The notes below the pieces were generated by a model. The model saw only the letters and a list, made by a program, of their open reading frames with translations, made no database searches and was not told the origin of the DNA. Shown one piece after another: positions 57,595 to 64,000 of a stretch of 64,000 nt of DNA. Made by a program: the position numbers and the translations under genes. The number at the start of each line of letters is the position of its first letter. Position 1 is the stretch's first letter. This DNA comes from Dehalococcoidia bacterium (GTDB taxonomy: Bacteria > Chloroflexota > Dehalococcoidia > Lucifugimonadales > CATQGZ01): NCBI GenBank assembly GCA_965223945.1, contig CBDCXW010000008.1, positions 422,485-486,484 on the forward strand, given 5' to 3'.

Positions 57595-57980
57595 CCGGCG
57601 GCGACTCCCACGAAGGCACGTCCACGTCGCTGCTCTCTCTGATGTACCGGCTGGAGCGCGAGTTGCGCCCGTTCAACAGCGCGGAGGTGAGGCAGCTACC
57701 CGAGAACCGCTTCGGCGTGTACGCGCTTTGGCTGCCAACTGGAATGGAGAACGCGCCTGAGTGCCTGTATGTCGGCGTCTCCACCACCTGTATCAGGAGG
57801 CGCCTGTTCGATCACCTCTTGCGCGAGAAGAACCCGATGCTCCGCACAGAGCTGCGGCTGTTCCGCGATAGTGTGCTGTTTTCGGTCGCGTTCACGTCTG
57901 AAGAGCAGGAGACCTTCGACCTGGAGACGGCGGTTATCCGGGAGTGGAAGCCGAGGACGAACCGTGCCAAGCTGGCATAG
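57591..57980 (+). CDS. Small GIY-YIG nuclease
   Basis: GVYALW-x13-LYVGVSTTCIRRRLFDHL...FDLETAVIREWKPRTN (GIY, YxG, Arg, Glu and Asn in canonical order). TTG 57591 overlaps the methyltransferase stop (TTGA). An alternative ATG is at 57642. Confidence 0.75.
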   Translation: MTGGDSHEGTSTSLLSLMYRLERELRPFNSAEVRQLPENRFGVYALWLPTGMENAPECLYVGVSTTCIRRRLFDHLLREKNPMLRTELRLFRDSVLFSVAFTSEEQETFDLETAVIREWKPRTNRAKLA

Positions 57981-57987
57981 ACACCCC

Positions 57988-58016
57988 TTGACAACACGAA
58001 CATACGTCCGTATAAT
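57988..58016 (+). promoter_or_regulatory. Perfect consensus sigma70 promoter TTGACA-N17-TATAAT
   Basis: 12/12 consensus positions with the optimal 17-nt spacer, 8 nt after the GIY-YIG stop. Confidence 0.6.
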
Positions 58017-58022
58017 TCCCTC

Positions 58023-58190
58023 ATGCACTACCCTTGCCGCGCCGGAGAGCCTGTCGCAACATCGCCGCGGAACCGCCGCGCCTCTATTGCATTCACGTTG
58101 CACAGTCGCCGCAAATCCGCTGCAAGAACCGGAACACTCAGCTACGAGATCCAACAAAAATACAACAGTTTGCAGCAATTTCGCCGCTAA
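58023..58190 (+). other. Candidate leaderless 55-aa basic ORF or about 170-nt ncRNA downstream of the consensus promoter
   Basis: ATG at 58023 lies 7 nt after the -10 (the expected transcription start). The ORF is MHYPCRAGEPVATSPRNRRASIAFTLHSRRKSAARTGTLSYEIQQKYNSLQQFRR*. The region also holds three GCAnnnTCGCCGC-like repeats in different codon phases. Confidence 0.3.
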
Positions 58191-60184
58191 CCCCTCGCCC
58201 GGAGCGCCTCCTCGAGGCCTGGGACCTGCTCCACGCCCGTAGGGACATCTATCGACGAGCCTTCGAAGTCGCCCCCGACCGGCTCGAATCGACCGCCCAG
58301 GTGCTCCGCCAGGAACGCTTCCGCGACGGCGGTGAACGAGATGTCGTTCTCGGGCCTACCGAAGCCGTGCCCTTCGTCAGGGTAGACGAGATAGGTCACG
58401 GGTATGCCCTTCTCCTTCATGGCGTCGACGATCTGGTCCGACTCGGCCCGTTTGACCCGCGCGTCGTTCGCCCCGTGGCCTATCAGCAGAGGCTTGATGA
58501 TGCGGTCCACGTGCGTCAGAGGCGACCGTTCGATTAGGAGCGCCCGGCCCCCTTCGGTCCTGGAGTCGCCAACGCGGGTCGCCTCCATCTCGATTGCCGG
58601 CTTCCAGTAGGGCGGGATAGTCTCTACCATCGTGATCAGGTTGGACGGCCCGACGAGGTCCACCCCGCAGGTGAAGACATCGGGCGTCATTGTGAGGCCG
58701 GCGAGAACGGCGTAGCCGCCGTAGCTGGCGCCCACGATCGCGACGCGCTCGGGATCGGCAATGCCCTCGGCGACGGCCCACTCCACCGCGTCGACCAGGT
58801 CGTCCTGCATCTTCCCGCCCCACTCCAGGTTGGCCGCGTTCATGAAGCCCTTGCCAAGCCCGCTGGACCCCCGGAAGTTGACGCTGAGCACGGCGTAGCC
58901 CCGGTTGGCGAGGTGCTGATGGATTGGATCGTAACCCCAGTCGTCCCGGCCCCACGGCCCTCCGTGGACGTTCAGCACCATCGGCAGCGGCCCCTGTCTC
59001 TCGCCGATGGGGAGCGTGTAGTAGCAGACCATTTCGAGCCCGTCGCGGCTATTGAACACCACCGGACGCATCCGGGCCAGCGGGAGCCCCTCTAGGTCGG
59101 AACGGTTCGTGAAGAGAAAGTCTGCTCTTCCCGCGTTGCGGTCGTACCGGTAGTATCGAACGGGCCCGTCGTCGACGAGGTACGCGACTATCCATGTCCT
59201 GTCGTCGAGAGTCCGGCTGACAACCTCGATGTCGCCGTCCGCCACCGAGCTGAGGCTCTCGAAGTCGGCGGCGATGCCGTCGTCGACCACCTGCCATCGC
59301 TTGCGCTCGTAGGTGAACGCCACGGCCTGGACATCGTTATCTGCCGGGTGGAGCATCACGTCGCTCACGTCGACCCTCGGGTCCACTGCGATGACGGTCT
59401 CCTCGCCAGTGTCGAGGTCGATGGCCGACATGGCGGAGGTGTCCCGGCCCCGGCTGTCGATCATGTACAGCGCGCCGCCCGTCTTGTCGAAGTCGAAGGG
59501 CATCGTCGTGAGAAGGTCTTCCATCTCCACCTTCATGAACGGCCGCCAGGAGCCCTCTCCGTCGAGCATGAGCAGGTCGCTGCCGCCGTCCGGAGTGATC
59601 CGGGCGCCCAGCCGGACCCGGTAGTCATCATCGATCAAGAGCTCGGCGAAGTCGTCGTTCCTCTGGATCAGCGTTCTCTCCGCCGTCAGGATGTCGACCC
59701 TGTACAGGTCGTGGTATGCGGGGTCGCGGTCATTGAGCCCGACGACTATCTCCTGTGGGGACCTGTGGCTGGCGCCCTGGATCTGCGCGTGGACGCCTTC
59801 CAGCGGGGTGAGGTCTATGGTCGTCCCCGCGTCGAGGTCGACCGAGTAGACGTGCCAGTCCTCATCCCCGGCCCTGTCCTGGAGGTACAGCACGTGCCGG
59901 GAGGTGTATGCCCAGAAGTAGATGCGGATGCCCCTCTCGCGGTCTTCGGTGACTGGACTCGCGGCCTTCGGATCGTCCGCAGGCCCCACCCAGACGTTGA
60001 GGACGCCGTCCACCGGGGCGAGGAAGGCCAGGCGGGCACCATCCGGGCTGATCTGCGGCGAGGTCCTGTCAGGATTCCCGAACAGAACCCGGCGGGGGAT
60101 TATAGGTATGGTCTCGCTACGAGACGTCCTATCGTGCTGCATCCTCTTGTGTCCTGACCGATGACGGTTGTGGGGTGGATTCAC
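58187..60184 (-). CDS. S9-family serine peptidase (prolyl oligopeptidase/acylaminoacyl-peptidase type)
   Basis: An N-terminal beta-propeller region and a C-terminal alpha/beta hydrolase with GASYGGY (GxSxGG). GTG start overlaps the upstream stop (GTGA). Confidence 0.9.
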   Translation of the reverse strand: MNPPHNRHRSGHKRMQHDRTSRSETIPIIPRRVLFGNPDRTSPQISPDGARLAFLAPVDGVLNVWVGPADDPKAASPVTEDRERGIRIYFWAYTSRHVLYLQDRAGDEDWHVYSVDLDAGTTIDLTPLEGVHAQIQGASHRSPQEIVVGLNDRDPAYHDLYRVDILTAERTLIQRNDDFAELLIDDDYRVRLGARITPDGGSDLLMLDGEGSWRPFMKVEMEDLLTTMPFDFDKTGGALYMIDSRGRDTSAMSAIDLDTGEETVIAVDPRVDVSDVMLHPADNDVQAVAFTYERKRWQVVDDGIAADFESLSSVADGDIEVVSRTLDDRTWIVAYLVDDGPVRYYRYDRNAGRADFLFTNRSDLEGLPLARMRPVVFNSRDGLEMVCYYTLPIGERQGPLPMVLNVHGGPWGRDDWGYDPIHQHLANRGYAVLSVNFRGSSGLGKGFMNAANLEWGGKMQDDLVDAVEWAVAEGIADPERVAIVGASYGGYAVLAGLTMTPDVFTCGVDLVGPSNLITMVETIPPYWKPAIEMEATRVGDSRTEGGRALLIERSPLTHVDRIIKPLLIGHGANDARVKRAESDQIVDAMKEKGIPVTYLVYPDEGHGFGRPENDISFTAVAEAFLAEHLGGRFEPVGGDFEGSSIDVPTGVEQVPGLEEALRARG

Positions 60185-61284
60185 TCAGGCAGCGAGGTCT
60201 CGAAGAAGCGCTGCCAGTTCCGGTACATCACGTTCTCGATGTCCTCCTGCTTGTAGCCCCGCCGCGCCATGACGTCGGCCACCCTCTGGTAGTCGGCGAC
60301 GGTATCGATCTCCAACGGGGCATTCTCCGTTCCTCCCTGGCCGTCGGTGTCCCCACCTATGGCCGAGTGCAAGGAGTTGCCAGCCAGCTGGCAGACGTGG
60401 TCGATGTGGTCGACGTAGTTCTCCAGGGTCACGTCCTCCTTGGTGAAGGGCTTCTTGGCCGGGAGGTTGATCCAGTCCAGTCCTGGCGGCCACAACATGT
60501 GGGCGTCCATCGAGTGGCCGATAACCGCTCCGCGCTCGATGAGCCTCCTGAGCTGGTGGTCGGGGAACTGACGCTCGCCGGGGCACACAGCCCGGCAGTT
60601 CTGGTGGCTGGCCAGCACCGGCCCTTCGAAGATGTCCAGCTCCTGCCGGACCGACTCGTCCGAGGTGTGGGACACGTCCAAGATCATTCCCAGAGAATCC
60701 ATCTCCCGGAGAAGCTCCTCGGCGCCATCCAGCAGGCCACCGCCAGTCCCCGTTCCGGTCCCGTGCGAGTATCTGCTGACCCCGTAATGGGACAGGCTTA
60801 TCACACGAAGGCCAGCCTCGAACCATTCGTGGACCTGCTGGGGCCAGACGATCGGATCGGCCCCCTCCATCCCCAACACCATACCGACGGGTAGGCGGTC
60901 ATAGTTGTCGGCACTTATCCAGGCTCCCATGTGCTCTTTGAACTCGCCAGGTGACTTCAGAAGCCGAGTCTCTCCCATCGTCTCGAGCATGTGATAGTAC
61001 CCAAGGAAGCCCCGTCCGGCCGCATAGGAGAGGATGTCGGTCCTGTGGTCGCCGTGCTCATGGCCCGGGCGCAGGATACAGCAATCGCCTACCTTCACCA
61101 GCGCGACCGCCAAGCCGCCCTTTCGCATCTCCGGAAGAGAGGCCATAGTGCCTTCGTCGGGCCAACCCCTCTCCCCGTGGACCTCTACTGTCCGAGCCCT
61201 GACCTGGTCAATGGGCAGGATCAGGTCGCGTTGCAGTTTCACCGCGCCAAACGTCATCGGGTAGTCGCCGTCGATGATCAACAT
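60181..61284 (-). CDS. Membrane dipeptidase (peptidase M19) family protein, paralogue 2
   Basis: MLIIDGDYP..., VISLSHYG, LDVSHTSDESV, ASHQNCRAV. Collinear with 13595..14701. Confidence 0.85.
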   Translation of the reverse strand: MLIIDGDYPMTFGAVKLQRDLILPIDQVRARTVEVHGERGWPDEGTMASLPEMRKGGLAVALVKVGDCCILRPGHEHGDHRTDILSYAAGRGFLGYYHMLETMGETRLLKSPGEFKEHMGAWISADNYDRLPVGMVLGMEGADPIVWPQQVHEWFEAGLRVISLSHYGVSRYSHGTGTGTGGGLLDGAEELLREMDSLGMILDVSHTSDESVRQELDIFEGPVLASHQNCRAVCPGERQFPDHQLRRLIERGAVIGHSMDAHMLWPPGLDWINLPAKKPFTKEDVTLENYVDHIDHVCQLAGNSLHSAIGGDTDGQGGTENAPLEIDTVADYQRVADVMARRGYKQEDIENVMYRNWQRFFETSLPE

Positions 61285-61322
61285 GTGGTGCCTCCGTTCC
61301 AGCTATGTGAACCCTACGATGC

Positions 61323-62147
61323 CTATCTCGCCTGAGCGATGCGGGCCTCTACCTGCGTCCTCGACGGGATGCCCTCGGTCCCCTCGGCCTCTACGCTGAA
61401 GGCCGCTGCGCAGGCCGCGAATCGGGCCGACTCTATGGGATCGGAGGTCTCCCCGTACCGTATCAGGTACGTCGCCGCGAAGACATCGCCCGCGCCGGTG
61501 GGATCGACCTCCCGCGCCCGGAACGCCGCGATCCTGTGCTCCCTGCCTTCGAGCAGCACCCACGCGCCGGCGGCTCCTTCAGTTACGATGAGCACGCGCG
61601 TCCTCTCCGCCCATCCGCGGACTGCGGCTGCGTCCTCAGGGTCATCCTTCGAGACCACGGCCGCGTCTACGAATGGCAGAATGCTTGCCCCATCCCATGA
61701 CGCCTGGCTGATCGAGCCGTCCGAGCTCCTGCGTCTGAGCCATCCCTGAAGCGAAGCCACTATCGTGGCCTCCGGGAACGCCTGCACCAGTTCTGCGTCG
61801 ACTTCGCCGAGCAGCGGGCCCAGCAGGACGAGCGGCGAGCCTCGGAAATCCTGAGGGACGTCCCGCACCGAGAGAGGCCCGGCGGTCGTCGCTACGCTCT
61901 GAGTCCTGGTACCGTCGTGGTAGTGGTTGCGGAAGACCGTGCTGACAGGCGCCGGGACCGAGTGGACGCTTGTCCCCGGCAGGGCGCTCGCCGCGTCGAG
62001 GTCAGGCCCAGTGCTGGTCAGCAACGCTGGTCTGAGGCCCATCCTTAGAGCGGTGATGGAGGCGTAAGCGGCGGTGCCTCCGAGTCTACGCCCCGACGCC
62101 GTCGTGTCCCAGGCGAGGTGGCCGACAGTGAGGAGGTCCGGGATCAC
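61323..62147 (-). CDS. PfkB-family carbohydrate/nucleoside kinase
   Basis: C-terminal DPTGAGDVFAATYL motif, 274 aa. Confidence 0.8.
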   Translation of the reverse strand: MIPDLLTVGHLAWDTTASGRRLGGTAAYASITALRMGLRPALLTSTGPDLDAASALPGTSVHSVPAPVSTVFRNHYHDGTRTQSVATTAGPLSVRDVPQDFRGSPLVLLGPLLGEVDAELVQAFPEATIVASLQGWLRRRSSDGSISQASWDGASILPFVDAAVVSKDDPEDAAAVRGWAERTRVLIVTEGAAGAWVLLEGREHRIAAFRAREVDPTGAGDVFAATYLIRYGETSDPIESARFAACAAAFSVEAEGTEGIPSRTQVEARIAQAR

Positions 62148-62806
62148 GGCCCGTTGCCCGGCTGCTCCTCCTTGAGGTACGCGACCACCTGGCGGGAGTC
62201 GCCGCTCCCCATGCTCTCCGTCGCCACTAGCGGATGGTCGGCCAGGGCCATGTGGACGACCCTGCGCTCGTTGGCCGGCATCGGCTCCAGCGTGATGGAG
62301 CGGCCCGAGTCGACGACGCGCTGCGCTACCCGCTCGGCCAGGTTCACCACCGACTTGTAACGCCGCGCCTGGTAGCCCTCCACGTCGAGCATGAGGTTAA
62401 CCCTGGACCCCAGCCGCCTGCTGGCCAGGTACCGCACGATGAACTGGAAGGCCTTCAGAGTCTCCCCGCGGCGGCCGATCAGGAGCCCCGCATCCTCGCC
62501 CTCGATCTCGAATACGGGGCCGTCGATGTCCTCATTATGGACCTGCTTGAGTCCTGCAAACGCCTCGACGTCCATCCTGTAGAGCAGGCTTGTCAAAATG
62601 TCGGTCGTGACGGAGACGAGCTCGTTCGGGGCCTCCAGGAGCGTGACGCGGACGCGAGCGGGCTCGCCTCCCAGGCCGAACAGGCCGGTCTTTCCGCGGC
62701 TAATGACGTCGACTTCGACCTCTGCCCGATCTGCGTCGAGCTCCCTTAACGCGAGCTCGATTGCCTCTTCCGCCGTCTTGGCCGTTGTCTCGATCTCTTT
62801 CGTCAT
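62144..62806 (-). CDS. jag: Jag/KhpB-type RNA-binding protein (Jag_N, KH, R3H)
   Basis: MTKEIETTAKTAEEAIELALRELDADRAEVEVDVISRGKTGLFGLGG.... The C-terminal R3H region ...ERRVVHMALADHP. SD GAGGAG lies 7 nt upstream of ATG 62806. Confidence 0.85.
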   Translation of the reverse strand: MTKEIETTAKTAEEAIELALRELDADRAEVEVDVISRGKTGLFGLGGEPARVRVTLLEAPNELVSVTTDILTSLLYRMDVEAFAGLKQVHNEDIDGPVFEIEGEDAGLLIGRRGETLKAFQFIVRYLASRRLGSRVNLMLDVEGYQARRYKSVVNLAERVAQRVVDSGRSITLEPMPANERRVVHMALADHPLVATESMGSGDSRQVVAYLKEEQPGNGP

Positions 62807-63614
62807 CGTTAGTCTCCTCGGCGGCCGGCGCTGCTTGCGGGGCCTCTTCCGATTCCTCCGCACGGCGCCTGAGCGGGTTCAGGGACATCAGCGGGCCCCA
62901 GCCGGTTATGAAGCCCTGCATTACGACGCCGACGACGTTGGATATCACCCAGTATACAGCGAGCCCGCTGGGGAACGTCGTTGTGAAGAAGCCGAACATC
63001 AACGGCATCATCCACAGCATCATCTGGTTGGTCGACTGCTGCCGTGGGTCGGCGGTTGGCATCGTGGTCATCTTCTGCATGATGAACATCGACGCCCCGA
63101 CGGCCACCGGCAGGATCGGCGTGCTGTCCGGGACGGCGAGGTCAAGCCACAGGAACGAGCTGTCGAGAGGCACCACCTCGTGCACCCTGGGCAGCCAGGA
63201 GTAAAGACGGTTTGAGAGGCCGACCAGGCTCTCCGGAGTCGACGGCAGCGTCTGCAGGATGGCCTGGTAGAGCCCGATCCAGATGGGGAACTGGATGAAG
63301 AAGGGGCCCAGGCACCCGATCGGGTTGACCCCGGCCTCCTTGTACACCTTCATGGTTTCGGAAGCCCGCCGCTGCCGGTCCTCGCCGTACTTTTGCTGGA
63401 TCTCCTTGAGCCTCGGCTGCAGCACCGTCATGGCCTTTAGCGCTCGGCTCTGCCTGACCGTCAGCGGGAACATGGCCCCGCGGATGAGAATGGTAAACAC
63501 CGCGATGGTGATGCCGAAGCTGAGGAAGAAGATGCTGTAGAGCATCACCAGGCTGTTGATCATCGGCTCGATGACCAGCGTGTTCCATACGGTGAGGATG
63601 ACTCCGAAATCCAT
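62700..63614 (-). CDS. yidC: Membrane protein insertase YidC (short form)
   Basis: ...FGITIAVFTILIRGAMFPLTVRQ...LQPRLKEIQQKYG...GVNPIGCLGPFFIQFPIWIGLYQAI. The basic C-tail overlaps jag. Confidence 0.9.
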   Translation of the reverse strand: MDFGVILTVWNTLVIEPMINSLVMLYSIFFLSFGITIAVFTILIRGAMFPLTVRQSRALKAMTVLQPRLKEIQQKYGEDRQRRASETMKVYKEAGVNPIGCLGPFFIQFPIWIGLYQAILQTLPSTPESLVGLSNRLYSWLPRVHEVVPLDSSFLWLDLAVPDSTPILPVAVGASMFIMQKMTTMPTADPRQQSTNQMMLWMMPLMFGFFTTTFPSGLAVYWVISNVVGVVMQGFITGWGPLMSLNPLRRRAEESEEAPQAAPAAEETNDDERDRDNGQDGGRGNRARVKGARRRSGRGRSRRH

Positions 63615-63631
63615 GGTCTAAGAGTGCCCCT

Positions 63632-64000
63632 CTAGCACGAGGTGCCGCTCAGCGCGTTCGCCTCTTTGGCGTCGAAGACCCATTCCTCGTCCAAGTCTCC
63701 GGAAGCCCCGATGGAGAGGGCGCGTATCGTATCGTCCTGGACGCTCAGGTAGACGGCTTCGCCGTCCGTGGCCAGGGAGCTTCTGATCTCGTTCTCGATG
63801 CTGCAGGCGCCTTCGAGGTCTCCGTCGGCGATGTTCGCTACGTGTACCTTCCCGTCGTCCGAGCCGACCACGACCAGGTCCCGCATGAGCGCAGGGGTAC
63901 CGACGATGCGGTCTCCGGTCCTGAGGGCCCACCGTAGCCTGCCGGTGCCAAGCTCCAGCGCGTACAGGCTGCCGTCCAGAGAGGGCGCGAAGACCGTGTT
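63632..64000 (-). CDS. PQQ-like beta-propeller repeat protein, 5' end outside window
   Basis: The frame is open to the window edge. It reads DGSLYALELGTGRLRWAL...VVVGSDDGKVHV, PQQ/BamB-type repeats. Confidence 0.65.
   Translation of the reverse strand, partial: NTVFAPSLDGSLYALELGTGRLRWALRTGDRIVGTPALMRDLVVVGSDDGKVHVANIADGDLEGACSIENEIRSSLATDGEAVYLSVQDDTIRALSIGASGDLDEEWVFDAKEANALSGTSC

Overview
High-GC (roughly 60-65% by eye, not computed) bacterial chromosomal segment. Most genes are on the minus strand up to about 29 kb and after 58 kb. My guess is Chloroflexota (SAR202- or Thermomicrobia-like), based on many LLM flavin oxidoreductases, amidohydrolases, a V/E-rich substrate-binding-protein linker and a UGSC-type selenoprotein. 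This taxonomy is inference only.

Housekeeping content: tRNA-Leu(UAG), tmRNA (ssrA), a 2-oxoacid dehydrogenase E1alpha/E1beta/E2-lipB operon, tig-clpP-clpX, purN and yidC-jag. Catabolic content: aldo/keto reductase, PhyH dioxygenase, class-III aminotransferase, two amidohydrolases, two M19 dipeptidase paralogues, an S9 peptidase, an amidase, a dimethylglycine/sarcosine-dehydrogenase-like enzyme, and a peptide-type ABC importer without ATPase genes.

Accessory content:
- A pile-up of three insertion sequences at 1-3.9 kb (IS1182-like, truncated IS21, IS110).
- A UxxC selenoprotein gene split by an in-frame TGA, with a SECIS-like hairpin exactly 11 nt downstream.
- An intact IS1380-family element with 14-bp inverted repeats and a CTTAG target duplication, sitting between higBA and ssrA.
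- Five toxin-antitoxin-type modules: higBA, phd-vapC, MNT-HEPN, vapBC and an orphan MNT.
- Two low-GC islets.

Most interesting locus (51.2-58.2 kb): a compact three-gene putative defence island. It consists of a Swt1-like-HEPN + DUF499 P-loop ATPase (1127 aa), a DUF1156 Zn-ribbon DNA methyltransferase, and a translationally coupled small GIY-YIG nuclease. A perfect consensus sigma70 promoter follows, driving a roughly 170-nt leaderless small ORF or ncRNA. The methyltransferase carries GPPY instead of (D/N/S)PPY, a 1-nt homopolymer frameshift and an internal low-GC segment.

Caveat: three genes in the window (adenosine deaminase, higB, the methyltransferase) are broken by single-nucleotide homopolymer indels. 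These could be sequencing artefacts rather than true pseudogenes. No CRISPR array or rRNA gene was seen.
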